64,000 bases of DNA from Mobula hypostoma (lineage: Eukaryota), in the NCBI RefSeq assembly GCF_963921235.1, contig NC_086097.1:178500001-178564000 (forward strand), given 5' to 3'. Position numbers and translations under genes: made by a program. The notes beneath the pieces are model-generated. The model was not told the DNA's origin. It did no database searches and saw nothing but the letters and a program-made list of their open reading frames with translations. How positions within the stretch are numbered: position 1 is the first letter of the stretch; the number at the start of each line of letters is the position of its first letter. This document shows, piece by piece, positions 12,450-25,409 of the stretch.

Positions 12450-12770
12450 ATGAGCACAATGGTAGCGTAATGGTTAGCGCAACAGTTTACAATGCCAGCA
12501 ATTAGAAGATTGGGGTTCAATCCCGCTGCTGTCTGTAAGGAGTTTGAACGTTCTCCCCGTGACAGCACGGGTTTCCACAGGGTGCTGTGGTTTCCTCCCA
12601 CATTCCAAAGATGTACCAGTTAGTATGTTGTGCTCATGCTATGTTGGCACTGGAAGGATGGCGACACTTGCAGGCTCCTCCGACAGTGTCGGTCATTGGC
12701 GCAAACAATGAATTTCACTGTGTGTTTCAGTGTTCTGAAGTTCATATGACAAGTTAAGCTAATCTTTACA
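12450..12770 (+). mobile_element. tRNA-derived V-SINE/HE1-like SINE
   Basis: A box (tagcgtaatgg), B box (ggttcaatccc) and V-domain (gtctgtaaggagtttg...ggtttcctcccacattccaaaga). Other copies lie near 18220, 25750, 49805, 52085, 55275 and 58180. Confidence 0.8.
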
Positions 12771-13129
12771 CCTTTAATTTCAGAGGTGAGGCGGCCAGAG
12801 GTAAAGCTACCAAAAAGTGACATGGTTGAAAATTAACTCATTCTAAAGCTCCACTCTTTAGTTGAGCAATACTGCATTGAAGCAGATCTTCCACCCAACC
12901 CGTCCACGCCAACTGTGGTGTCCTCCAATCTCATCCCGTTTGCCCACATTTGGCCCACATCTCTCCAAGCCTTCCCTTTCCATGTGCCCATACAAATGTC
13001 ATTTAAGTATTCCTTCCTTGACTACTTCCCCTGGCAGCTTGTTCCACACACCCAACACCATCTGGGTGAAAAACAGGACCCATCTGGATCATTCCCCTCT
13101 CACCTGAGACAAATGCTCTCTAGTCTGCC

Positions 13130-13312
13130 TTCCAGCCAGGTGCAGGTATTGATTATAACTGACGTTTCAATGGCAAACTCTGCCATCCTCTTCAGGGAGT
13201 GATGCCAGAGTTTGTCATTGAAACATTAGTTATAATCAATTCCTGTACCCAGCTGGAAGTCTGAGAAGAGTTTATTCATCATATATAGAAGGAAAGCACC
13301 AGATCCTTTTTC
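13130..13312. mobile_element. Penelope-like element end with inverted segment and hammerhead core (second family)
   Basis: Imperfect 58-bp inverted arms at 13130-13187 and 13201-13258. Minus strand 13161-13197 reads CTGAAGA-G-GATGGCA-gagtt-TGCCATT-GAAA-CGTC. The element is bracketed by gctctctag copies inside an old CR1 fragment. Confidence 0.7.
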
Positions 13313-13977
13313 ATACGCTCTCTAGCTTTAGATTCCGCTCCCCAGGGAAAAGAAAAGTCTGTGACCATTCACCTTGTTCCTACCCCTCATGATTCTACAA
13401 ACCTCTGTAAGTACACCCCTCAGCCTTCTACACTCTGTGGAAAAATGTCATAGCCTATCCAGTCTCTCCTTTAATGTACCTTGAACATTCCAGCCCCAGT
13501 AACATCTCTTCAACCTGCTGAAGTCCTGCCAAATGGTTTCAACCCGTAATGTCAGCCGTACTTTTTTCCATAGATGCTGCCTGGCCAGCTGAGTTCCTCC
13601 AGCATTTTGTGTGTGTTGCTCCTTTTAACCTTGTTTTGCACCTAGTTTATTGACACTCCTCCTATAGCAGGGCAATAATAAATGTATGCATTAGCCAGGT
13701 GTGATCTTATGAGTGTCTTTAGAGCTGGAACAGAATCCTGTACTCAATATCCTGACCAATGAAGGCAAACATGCCAAATGCTTTCTTCTCCACCCTGTCT
13801 ACCTGCACACCCTGTTCTCTCTATTCTGCAACAATCCCCAGGGTCCTACCACTTACGGTGTAAGCCCTTCCCCAGTTTGCCTCTCCAACATGCAGCACTT
13901 CACTGACCCCTCTACAAACGGCTCAAACAATTCTTCTATCTCTGCATTGTTCCAACATACACAAAATGCTGGACAAA

Positions 13978-14485
13978 TTCAGAATCAGAATCAGGTTTAT
14001 TATCACCGGCATGTGACGTGAAATGTGTTAACTTAGCAGCAGCAGTTCAATGCAATACATAATCTAGCAGGGAAAAATAATAATAAATAAAAATAATAAT
14101 AATAAATAAACTAGTAAATCAATTACTTATACTGAATAGATTTTTAAAAACATGCAAAGACATAAATACTGTATATTTTTTAAAAAATTGAGGTAGTGTC
14201 CAAAGATTCAATGTCCATTTAGGAATCAGATGGCAGAGGGGAAGAATCTGTTCCTGAATTGCTGAGTGTGCCTTCAGGCTTCTGTACCTCCTACCTGATG
14301 GTAACAGTGAGAAAAGGGCATGCCCTGGGTGCTGAAGGTCCTTAATAATGGAAGCTGCCTTTCTGAGACACTGCTCCCTAGAGATGTCCTGGGTACTTTG
14401 TAGGCTAGTACCCAAGATGGAGCTGATTAGATTTACACACTTCTGCAGCTTCCTTCAATCCTGTGCAGTAGCCCCTCCATACCAG
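13978..14485 (-). mobile_element. Rex1/Babar-type LINE 3' end
   Basis: CLRKAASIIKDLQHPGHALFSLLPSGRRYRSLK; (TTCTGA)n tail; same subfamily as 55775-56537. Confidence 0.85.
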
Positions 14486-14609
14486 GTCAGGCTGCAAACA
14501 GCCGATGTTTCAGACTGAGACCCTATTTCTTCCATAGATGCTGCCCGATGCATTGAAGTATTGCAGCATTTTGTATGTGTTGCTCAACATTTCCAGCATC
14601 TACAGAATC

Positions 14610-17379
14610 TGTCAGGTCTGCACACGTGGGCACTTCCCAGTCTCCATCCAACTAATGGGATTCGCCTGCTGCTTTCTCTAGACTCATCACCTGCAGCCAA
14701 TTTAACCCCAGTTCTCATCCACAGCCCTTGTTCACTCATTAAGATAGCCGACCTCAACCAGTTGCTCCTAGCCTTCAGTCTCCCTGCCTAAAGTTGACCT
14801 TGTTGCCTGCTGTGTTTAGATTCTGTTCCCTCTTGTTTTGTGGCCCGTCGTGGCTTGTTATTTTGTGGTCTATCAGTGAAGTATTTTTTCTGCTAAATCA
14901 TCTCTGCTGCTCTGTTTTTGGGTCAGGCCTCCACTACATTTCCTGATAAGATAAGTGAACTATTGATTGACCTAGCAGACAATGTTTACCTAAAGGAAGA
15001 TTCCAGCAACTCAAGCACACAGTCTAGAAGCAGCAGGAAACCATTGACCATCTGTCCACTACTCTCGTCCAACTCTCCTCCTCAGTGCAACAACTCCACG
15101 CCAACCAGCCTTCCCACTATGAGCCCTGGATCCCGATGCCCTAACGCTTTGATGGGTCTCCACTCCAACCCAGTGCCACAACCACCTGTCCCAGTGCGTC
15201 TTACACCGCGATGTCCAGTCGGCTCTGTATTCTGCAGTTTGGACCAAGACCGCCTTCCTTATCTCTCTTTTAACTGGGTGATCTCTGATCTGGGACAATA
15301 AAGCCACAACTTGTAACAGATATGAGGATTTCACTGCTCAGATGCACCAGGTTTTTGACCATCTGGGAAGTGGAAGGGAGGCAGGGATCTGATTCTTCGC
15401 CTACACAAAGGTTCACACTCCATGCTGGATTAGACTGCAGAATTCAGGACCCTCGCCCTGAACTGCAGGAAGAATGGGGACATTGACTGATGGGAAACAC
15501 TGAGCCTTTCCTGATCCGGACTGACCACCAGAACCTCATATCCATACAACAGACCTGCCAACTCAATCCACGTCAGACTCACTGGGCCCTCTTCTTCAAA
15601 TGATTCAACTTCTCCATCTCCTACTGATCCAGTTCTAAGAACACGAAGGCAAACGTAAAATTTCAACCCAGCTTAAACGGAGACCGACTCTCAGCCCATC
15701 ATTCCACCATCTCAGATCCTTGCCCAAATCATCTGTGACCTTGAGAACCACATCCGCCAGGCCCTGTTCCAGGCAACACACCTGACAACTGTATGTACGT
15801 GCCTGCATCCGTGCACTCTAATGTACCCCACTGGGCCAACTCCTCACCCTCTCTGGCCACCCTGACATATGACAGACTATGGATTTTCTGCAACAACAGT
15901 TCTGGTGGCCCACCATGATCACAGATGTCCATCAATTCATCACTGCCTGCCTTCAATGTGCCCAGTCCAACTCCTCCAAGCAACAAGACTACCAGTCCCT
16001 CAATGCCTGTGGTCCTACTGGTTTGCCACTTTCTGATGGGGAAACAATGACCATAACAGTGCCTGATCGATTCTCCAAGGCAGTCCTTTTCATTGCCCAA
16101 GCCCACATTGCCCACAGTCTGCTGCTGTGACAGCGGACCTGGTTCTCCAACATGTAGTTGGCCTCCACAGCTTCTCTCGGGATGTTGGGTCAGGCCAGGG
16201 CCCAGAATTCGTGTCTTATGTCTGGCGAGCCTTCTGTTCCCTCCTCCACACCTCAGTGAGTTTGTCCTCTGACTATCATCCACAGAAAAATGGTCAGTCA
16301 GAACAAGCCCATCAGCAAGTGGAGAAGTTTCTGTGATGCCTCACCGCCTCTAACCCTTCCATATGGAAGAGGCCTCTGCTCTGGGCCGAGCTGTCCCACA
16401 ATCTACACACTTCCTCTGCCACAGACATGTCACCCTTCGAAGTGCTTCACGGCTACCAACCCCTGTTGTTCCCTATGGAGGAACACACAGTGGACGTTCC
16501 ATCTGCTGGAGCGCTGGTTCACCGCTGCCAGAATGCTTGGGAGAGGGCACAAAGGGGCATCTTAGCCACTAATTGTACCTACTGCCACCAGGCCATCGAG
16601 ACCCAGCTAGACTACTCCGGCCTAGGTACAGTGGCTGTCTGTCCACCCGAGATCTGCCTTTGCACAGTGACTCCCACAAGCTCGCGCCTGCTCACCGCTT
16701 CGATCCAGTCACTTGCTGTCTCCAGCTGCCACCATCCCTCAGAATCACACCTATCTTCCATGTGTCCTGCCTCAAGCCCGTTGCCTAGACACCATTCAAC
16801 TCACCTAAGCCTGCAGACCCAGAACCTCGCCTTGGGTAAGGTGCTCCAGTGTACACGGTTCGCCGGTTGATAGATTAGCATCACTGTGGACAGGATGTGG
16901 AGTACCAGGTTGGCTGGGAAGGTACCGCCCGGAGGAGAGGTCTTGGTTTCCGTCCAGTTACATTCTGGATCCACTAGTCATCTATGAGTTCCACCAGACC
17001 CATCCAGGTGGTCCAAGTGCATCGGGATCAGTTAGCAACAGGGATGGGGTCCAGTCAGGCCTGTGTATGCAGGAACCTCCCCGACTTCACCCAGCTAACA
17101 GGATTCATCTGCTGCTCGTTCCACGCTCATCACCTGGAGCTTATCCACAACCCCAGTTCTCATCCACAGTACTTGTTCACTCCTCAGTCATCTGCTCCTA
17201 GTCTTCACTCTCCCTGCCTAAAGTTACCTGTTTCCTGTTGTGTTTAGTTTCTGTTCTCTCTTGTTTTGTGGCCTCCCCATAGCTTGTTATTTTGTGGTCT
17301 ATTTGTAAAGTATCATTTATTGCTAAGTCGTCTCAACTGCACTGTTTTTAGGTCAAAGTCTCCACCACGTTTCCTGACA
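14610..17379 (+). mobile_element. Gypsy/Ty3 chromovirus-type LTR retrotransposon, internally deleted and decayed
   Basis: LTRs at 14610-14948 and 17053-17379 (TG..CA ends, one mutated end each); 5-bp TSD GAATC at 14605-14609 and 17380-17384; purine-rich tract before the 3' LTR. Internal remnants: gag (AEFRTLA), RNase H (TDHQNL..LNPRQ), integrase (FWWPTM..C..C, DRFSK, YHPQKNGQSE) and chromodomain (EYQVGWEG..PEERSW). Confidence 0.93.
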
Positions 17380-18669
17380 GAATCTCTTGCGTCTCTGCAC
17401 TGTTCCCATTCTGATCACTAATAACATGTCCAGAGCTCTGAAAATCCCTCCCTAAAACTTCACTCTCAAGGTGCTCCTTAAAACATACCTCTTTCTATTA
17501 CTCCATTCTAAAATGATAATGATTTCAGAATTTGGAACAAGACTGTGCAGCCATTCAAGGAGATCACTGCTGATCTTAGCGGTTTCCCTTTACAGTTCCA
17601 CAGTCCAAGGACCTGCTTATTAGTGCCTCGAGTACACCCAGTCTCTTTAGCTCCACAGATCTCTGTGTAGAAAGTTTTAAATATTACTGAACAAAGAGGG
17701 GAAAAAGGTCTCCTGATCTCTGTGCTAATGCCCCATTATAGTGAGAGTGTAGAGAGGGTGTGGAAGTTCAACAGGATGATGCCTCACTTGGGGAGCATGA
17801 GCTATAAAGCAGACAAATTTGGGTTGTTCCCCCTAGAGCGCTAGACCCTGAGGGGAGACTCGATGGAGGATTTTAAAATTATGAGAAATGTAGGGTAGAC
17901 ATTCTGTATTTACCCCAGGGTAAAAATGACTAACACCAGAGGACATGGGTTAAGGTTAGATGAGACAAGTTTAAAGACAATGGGAAGGGCAGGGAGTCGG
18001 GGGTATTTGGAATTGGCTACCATTGGTTGTAGTGAAAGTAGTCAGTTTGGTATTTTCTAATAATGTTTTAGTCAGACACATGGATAGGAAGGGACTGGGG
18101 GGATATGGATGATACACAGGAGGGGGCTATTTAGTCTAAATTAACAACACGATTGTCCCGGATATCATGTGTAAAATGGCTTGTCCAGTGCTGCACTGTT
18201 CTATGTTCAATATGAAAAGCATGGTGGTTAGTGTACAATGTCTTTACAGTGCCAATAACGAAGATTGGGGTTCAATTCCTGCTGCTGTCTTTAAGGAATT
18301 TGTGACGCTTGCAGGCAGCCCCCAGTACATCCTCAGACTGTGTTAGTCATTGATGCAAACAATGCTTTTCACTGTTTCAATGTACATGTGACAAATAAAG
18401 CTACTCTATATCTTTACTTCTATCTTTTTTCAAGGAAATGCCACTGATGTTTTAGAAGAAGAGAATTTGATTTATTATCACTGACATATGTCTTGAAATT
18501 TATTGTTTTGCAGCAGTGATAGCGATTATAAAGACACACCCTTGTCTGTTTCAATAATACTGAGGTGGAGATGGCTGGGAGCTTCAAATTCCTAGGTGAA
18601 AACATCATCAACAGTTTATGATGGTCCAACCATGTAGACATTATGACCAAGGAAGCACATCAGCACATC

Positions 18670-19040
18670 TACATAAGAACATAAGAAATAGGAGCAGGAG
18701 TAGGCCATCTGGCCCATCGAGCCTGCCCCACCATTCAGTAAGATCTGATCTGACCATGGATTCATCTGCACCTACCTGTCTTTTCCCCATAGCCCTTAAT
18801 TCCCCTAGTATACAAAAATCTATCCAACCTTGTCTTAAATATATTTACTGAGGTAGCCTCCTGTGCTCCATTAGGCAGAGAATTCCACAGATTCACCACC
18901 CTCTGGAAAAAGCAATTCCTCCTCATCTCCGCCCTACATCTACTCCCCCGAATCTTGAGCCTATGTCTCCTAGTTCTAGTCTCACCTACCAATGGAAACA
19001 ACTTTCCTGTCTCTATTGTATCTATCCCTTTCATAATGTT
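18670..19040 (-). mobile_element. CR1 3' fragment nested in a Rex-type LINE fragment
   Basis: FQRVVNLWNSLP motif; tail cataagaacataagaa on the plus strand. Confidence 0.85.
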
Positions 19041-20472
19041 ATATGTTTCTATTTCCTCCGGAGGCGAAGAAAGTTTGATATATCTCTGTTTACCCTCATC
19101 AATGTTTCTAGTGTGTCATTGAAACGATCCTATCCAGATGCCTCACAGCGTGGTATGGAAATTGCTTTCCCAAAGACCTCAGTAACCTGTAGGGAATTGT
19201 GGATGGGAGAGGGGAGAAGAGAGAATGTCTGGGATGGCTGGGGTCTTTGAGTATACTGGCTGCTTTTCTGAGACAGCAAGAACTAAAGACAGAGTCATAA
19301 AGGGGAAGCTGGTTTCCGTGATGTATTGCCAATATTTACCCCAGCGACCAAATGAAATGCACGTTCATTGTGGGATCTTGCCGTGCACAAATTAGCTGTC
19401 ATGTTTACCCCATTGCAACAGCAGCTGATATTGCAATCCTGTCACCTACAACATGAGGGAAGTGGCTACACTTTCCTCAACAACAGTATTTCTGTACACA
19501 ATCCTCTTGGCACAGAACAATAATAAAACTTAACCCTTTCCCACAGTAAAGGAGAATAATATAGTAAAAGCATCTGTGAGCTATGTAAAATCATTGTTGT
19601 CTGCAAAAAACAATATAAAGCACCATTCAAAGGTTGTTCTCACTTGTGTGTGGGATGCAACAGGAACAGACCAATTTAAACAGAATTGATTGTCTACCAG
19701 CAGCGTGTGATTGACCCTTGTTGGATAAGTGAAGCTTTCTAGCCTGACATGGGACATCAAACCTGACATTGAGAATAATGAGGTTTGCTCGGATGCTCCA
19801 GTCTCTGATGTGATGTGGATCCACCAATGTCATGGAACTGGATGGGAGCTCAGATGTCAAAAAGCCGCTGGAAACAACGGAGCGGGAGATAGGCAGTAGT
19901 GAAGGAAGGGGATTTTGCTTGTCAGCCTTCCAGTGGCAGGGAAGAAATTGCAGTAAAGCTGCCGGGAGGCTCCAGATATTAAATGATTGAACCCCCTGTG
20001 CTGATGGAGCTGACTTGAGAGCCAGCTTCGTCATGACAAACCCAGCACCAAAATCGGCCAAAAGTCATCAGGTGACTAAAGGCAAGCAGGGCATTCCCAC
20101 CTCTGCTCTGTGTTTGAAATAGCTGAGGGTGCAGATACAAGATTTAAGATTGTTTAATATCATTTCCTGTACACATGTGTAAAGAACAAAATAATTGATG
20201 CTCTGGATCTCATGAAGCACACAAAAATGTAAGTACATATCATAGCTTATATACATATATTGATTGTATTTCCAGAAAATGGTGCTGGGCTGTATCTAAG
20301 ATGACTAACAGGAAATAATAAAGTAGTGGTGGAGGTGTCATCTTGTCCCATCAGAAGCTGCCTGTTTACTGGGCAGAGCTGATATTTTTCTTTCTTTCTA
20401 TCCATCCATCTATCTATTGTCTACCTATCCATAAAGCTATCTATCTACTGCCTATCTATCAGTCTATCCATA

Positions 20473-21008
20473 AGCGCAGTGGCCACTTTATTAGGTACAT
20501 CTGTACACCTGCTTGTTAATGTAAATACCTGATCAGCCAAGCATACGGCAGCAACTCAATTCATAAAAGCATGCAGGCATGGTCAAGAGGATCCATTGTT
20601 GTTCAGACCAAACATCAGAATGGGGAAGAAATGTGATTTAAGTGGCTTTGACCGTGGAATGATTGTTGGTGCCAGTAGGGGTCGTTTCAGAATCTCAAAA
20701 ACTGCTGATATTCCTGGGATTCTCACAAACAGCAAGCCCTTGAGTTACAGAAAATGGTGCAAAAAACAAAAAAATCCAATCAGCAACAGTTTGGTGGGTG
20801 AAAATGCCTAGTTAATGAGAGAGATCAGAGGAGGATGGCCAGGTTGGTTCAAGCCTACATGAAGGTAACAGTAATACAAATAACCATACTTTCCAGTGGT
20901 GGTGTCAGAAGAGCATCTCTGAGCACTTCGAACCTTGAAGTAGCAGAAAACCATGAACATGCACTTTGTTAGGTACAGGAGGAACCTAGTAAAGTAGCCA
21001 CTGAGTAT
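20473..21008 (+). mobile_element. Tc1/mariner deletion derivative
   Basis: TIRs cagtggccactttattagg ... cctagtaaagtagccactg; N-terminal transposase remnant MGKKCDLSGFDRGMIVGA; sits within a (TCTA)n-like tract. Confidence 0.85.
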
Positions 21009-21499
21009 ATATCTACCTATTATCTATCCACCTGTCTAACTATCAATCTCTGGGCTGAAATAAAAGAAAAGCCCATCTGAAATGAAAGAAAATTGCTGGG
21101 AACACTCAGCAGGTCAGGCAGCTTCTGTGGAGAGAAACAGAACTGATATGTCAGGGTGCCAATCCTTTGTCACATTGGCAAGGCCAGCATTTACAGAAGG
21201 TCCCTAACTTTGCTTGAGAAGGTGGTGGAGAGTCAGTGCATTGAACTGTGCTGTGTTTCTGATGAAGCTCTTTCCACGGTGCTGTTCAGAAAGGAAAGCA
21301 GCACCAGAGAAGGAAGGAGTGGCGATGGAGACACAAGAGCAATACACAAAGTGTTGCAGAAGCTCAACCCAACATCTGCAGAGGAAAATACGAAAAGGTA
21401 CTTCCCATGCCACTAGAATCAGTTGATTGCTGGGCTGGGTTGGTATTTTGCTTTCTTTTTATTTCTTCCTGTCTGTCCATCTAGCTATCTATTTATCCA

Positions 21500-21830
21500 T
21501 CTAGTCGACTTTTTGGGTCAAGACCCTTCGTTTAGAGTGAAAAATGGAGAGGATGCAATCTGCATAAAGAGGTGTCGGGTGATGGGTGGATCCAGGTGAT
21601 AGGCAGATGGAGGAGGGGAGAGTGGGAGTAGTGACAGAGGCTGGCAGGTGAGAGGTGGAGGTGACAGAGAGCTGCAGATGGTGGAATCTGATAGGAGAGG
21701 AAGGTGTAATCACATAAGGAAGGTGAGGAAGGCAGACAGCACAATGGGGGGATGAGCCCAGTCAGAAGAGTGTGAGAATAATGGGAAGATGGAGTTGGGT
21801 GGAGAAGGGGAAAGAGACAAGGCGATTGAG
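21500..21830 (-). mobile_element. Penelope-like element 3' region
   Basis: Antisense to the pyrimidine-rich 3' region at 51520-51960; contains a gaagggtcttgacccaaaaagtcgac motif. Confidence 0.65.
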
Positions 21831-22544
21831 GATGAGTTGAATCGGAGAGGCGCTTGGTACATCAGGACAGTGAGATATTCAAAGACAGGAACATAGAACA
21901 TAGAAGATACAATGTAGTGCATCAAACAGTATAGCACAGGATCAGGACCTTTGGCCTTTGACATTGTGCTGAACTAATAAACTGACTAACTAACTAATTA
22001 AATACTGAACTAAACCAATTCCTTCACCTACACAATGTCCATATCCTTCCATTTGCTGTACATCCATGTACCTGTCTGAGTACTATACCACTTTAACACC
22101 TCTATTCTAGTTTCCTCCACCTCCCCCCCACCCCCCACACATGGCAGCAAATTCTAGGCACCAGCCACTTGAAGGGATGGTGTTCCTACATTCCTGATTC
22201 AGTGCCTAAGCAATGCTCCATGCTCCATCTAGTTTCTCCCTCTTCCTTCACTGCACTGTGACAATAATAAACAAATTTACCAATTTCCCATTGACTTGAA
22301 ACGCCAACTCTCTTTTGCCCTCCTCAGACGCTGCCTGACCTGCTGAGAATTTCAATTAATTTCTATTTTATTGCAGGTTTACAGGAGCTGCAGATGTTTT
22401 CTTCTTGATGGTTTAGCTCTCTCTCTGGGTCTCATTTACACAGCAATCCAGCCAGATGCTGCCTGAAGGAATGAGTCACTTTTCACCTATAGAGTTAAAT
22501 GAAGTCCTTTCTCCTCTCCAAGGTGAACAGAGAAGTTCTATCCA

Positions 22545-22760
22545 CCACTTTAAAGAGAGCAGAGGAAGTTTCTGCGGTATCTTGCCATTATTAATCCCTC
22601 CCTCAGCATCAACAAAATCATTTATCCAATCATTAGTACAATGCAATACTTGGGAATTGTTTGCAATATTTCATGCACTAAAACAGTTATTACATGCTAA
22701 AAATATTTCATTGTCAGGAAAACCTTGCAATTGCCTGTGATTATGAAAGGAAATACAGAA
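22545..22760 (+). mobile_element. Highly decayed DeuSINE-like relic (second copy at about 19325-19440)
   Basis: Resembles, from memory, the Deu domain (gccaatatttatccctc...tgtgggatcttgctgtgcgcaaattggctg); the match is clearest at 19367-19400. Confidence 0.5.
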
Positions 22761-23049
22761 GCTCACCCAGCCTCCTACAGCAGATCTCCCCAGCCCCTGA
22801 CCATGACCAGCAAGAAGAGCAAGGGCAGACAGCAGATGTAGGTGAACACCACCATCTGCATATTGTTCCTTTCCACGCCTCGTGGTATATTGGGTGGAAA
22901 CTTCATCATTTTTTTAGCATTTTTGTCTGTTTTTTACAAGGCCCGGTTACTAGCTCAACACTCAGCCCAACACGGATGGAAAGCGTGCAAGGAGCCGAAT
23001 GATTTGAAGTCTGGTGCGGATGCCACTACGCCACTGGCCGACTGCCTGC

Positions 23050-23253
23050 AAATTACTGGAAGAACTCTGCAGTCAGGCAGCATCTGTGGAGGGAAACAAA
23101 CAGGTGACATTTTGGGCCGACCCCTTTCCAATCCTGATGAAAGGTCTCAACCTGAAACATTGAATGTTTATTCCCCTGCCCACCCCGCCCCCATGGATGT
23201 AACCTGCTGAGTTCCTCCAGCACTTTGTGTGTGTTGCTCATGATTTCCAACAT
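23050..23253. mobile_element. Penelope-like end with inverted 5' segment (resumes at about 24957)
   Basis: Head-to-head copies of the repeat; CTGATGA at 23134-23140 and GAAA at 23154-23157. Confidence 0.7.
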
Positions 23254-24956
23254 CAGTGAGGTCCTCAATGAATACTTCTGTTCGGTATTCACCAATGAGA
23301 GGGAACTTGATGATGGTGAGAACAATATGAGTGAGGTTGATGTTCTGGAGCATGTTGATATTAAGGGAGAGGAGGTGTTGGAGTTGTTAAAATACATTAG
23401 GACAGATAAGTCTCCAGGGCCTGACGGAATATTCCCCAGGCTGCTCCACGAGGTGAGAGAAGAGATTGCTGAGCCTCTGGCTAGTATCTTTATGTCCTCG
23501 TTGTCCACAGGAATGGTACCAGAGGATTGGAGGGAGGCGAATGTTGTCCCCTTGTTCAAAAAAGGTAGTAGGGATAGTCCGGGTAATTATAGACCAGTGA
23601 GCCTTACGTCCGTGGTGGGAAAGCTGTTGGAAAAGATTCTTAGAGATAGGATCTATAGGCATTTAGAGAATCATGGTCTGATCAAGGACAGTCAGCATGG
23701 CTTTGTGAAGGGCAGATCGTGTCTAACAAGCCTGATGGAGTTCTTCGAGGAGGTGACCAGGCATATAGATGAGGGTAGTGCAGTGGATGTGATCTATATG
23801 GATTTTAGTAAGGCAGTTGACAAGGTTCCACATGGTAGTCTTATTCAGAAAGTTAGAAGGCATGGGATCCAGGGAAGTTTGGCCAGGTGGATTCAGAATT
23901 GGCTTGCCAGCAGAAGGCAGAGGGTGGTGGTGGAGGGAGTACATTCAGATTGGAGGATTGTGACTAGTGGTGTCCCACAAGGATCTGTTCTGGGACCTCT
24001 ACTTTTTGTGATTTTTATTAACAACCCGGATGTGGGGGTAGAAGGGTGGGTTGGCAAGTTTGCAGACGACACAAAGGTTGGTGGTGTTGTGGATAGTGTA
24101 GAGGATTGTCAAAGATTGTAGAGAGACATTGATAGGATGCAGAAGTGGGCTGAGAAGTGGCAGATGGAGTTCAACCCGGAGAAGTGTGAGGTGGTGCACT
24201 TTGGAAGGACAAACTCCAAGGCAGAGTACAAAGTAAATGGCAGGATACTTGGTAGTGTGGAGGAGCAGAGGGATATTGGGGTACATGTCCATAGATCCCT
24301 GAAAGTTGCCTCACAGCTGGATAGGGTAGTTAAGAAAGCTTATGGGGTGTTAGCTTTCATAAGTTGAGGGATAGAGTTTAAGAGTCGCGATGTAATGATG
24401 CAGCTCTATAAAACTCTGGTTAGGCCACACTTGGAGTACTGTGTCCAGTTCCGGTCACCTCACTACAGGAAGGATGTGGAAGCATTGGAAAGGGTACAAA
24501 GGAGATTTACCAGGATGCTGCCTGGTTTAGAAAGTATGCATTATGATCAGAGATTAGGGGAGCTAGGGCTTTACTCTTTGGAGAGAAGGAGGATGAGAGA
24601 AGACATGATAGAGGTGTACAAGATAATAAGAGGAATAGGTAGAGTGGATAGCCAGCCCCTCTTCCCCAGGGCACCAGTGCTCAATACAAGAGGACATGGC
24701 TTTAAGGTAAGGGGTGGGAAGTTCAAGGGGGATATTAGAGGAAGGTTTTTTACTCAGAGAGTGGTTGGTGCGTGGAATGCACTGCCTGAGTCAGTGGTGG
24801 AGGCAGATACACTAGTGAAGTTTAAGAGACTACTAGACAGGTATATGGAGGAATTTAAGGTGCGGGGTTATATGGGAGGCAGGGTTTGAGGGTCGGCACA
24901 ACATTGTGGGCTGAAGGGCCTGTACTGTGCTGTACTATTCTATGCTCTATGTTCTA
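23254..24956 (+). mobile_element. Young 5'-truncated CR1 (RT to 3' tail)
   Basis: Long RT ORFs with only two in-frame stops; (TTCTATG)n-type tail. Confidence 0.95.
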
Positions 24957-25409
24957 GAATCTCTGGTGTCAGTATACCACACTCCCCAGGTTGCATACTA
25001 TCCTGACTTGGAAACATATCATCCGATCTTCAACATCACTGAGTCTGAGCCCCAACAGCACGATGGGAGCCCCTTTGCCAGAAGGACAGCACAGATCGAG
25101 GAGGTTCCAGGACTGCTGGGACTTGAGGCACTCAGTTACAGAGAGATGTTGACCTGAATGGGACTTGGGCAATAGTTGCAAAATCTGAAAATGATTTTGA
25201 AAAAACGCAAATGTTTCTTTTCTATACAGAAAGGCAATGGGCATTGTCCACATCAAGCAGTCTGACAGACTAACCCTCTGGTCTCTGTACAAGAACATTG
25301 ATCCATAACTGATTAAAGCTGTCTTATAATATGCTCCATTCAGGCAGATTCAGCCCAGGGGTTTGAGTCCTTAGTGTTGTACTGGAAACTACACAGTGGA
25401 TGGATTTGT

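Noticed and set aside
12450..12530. tRNA genes here and at about 40430-40495
   Set aside because: The A/B boxes run into SINE bodies and there is no complete cloverleaf.
22765..22865. Minus-strand signal-peptide-like ORF (MQMVVFTYICCLPLLFLLV) with a gtgag donor
   Set aside because: There is an in-frame stop before the donor. The sequence resembles an old CR1 3' fragment that appears to resume near 24985.
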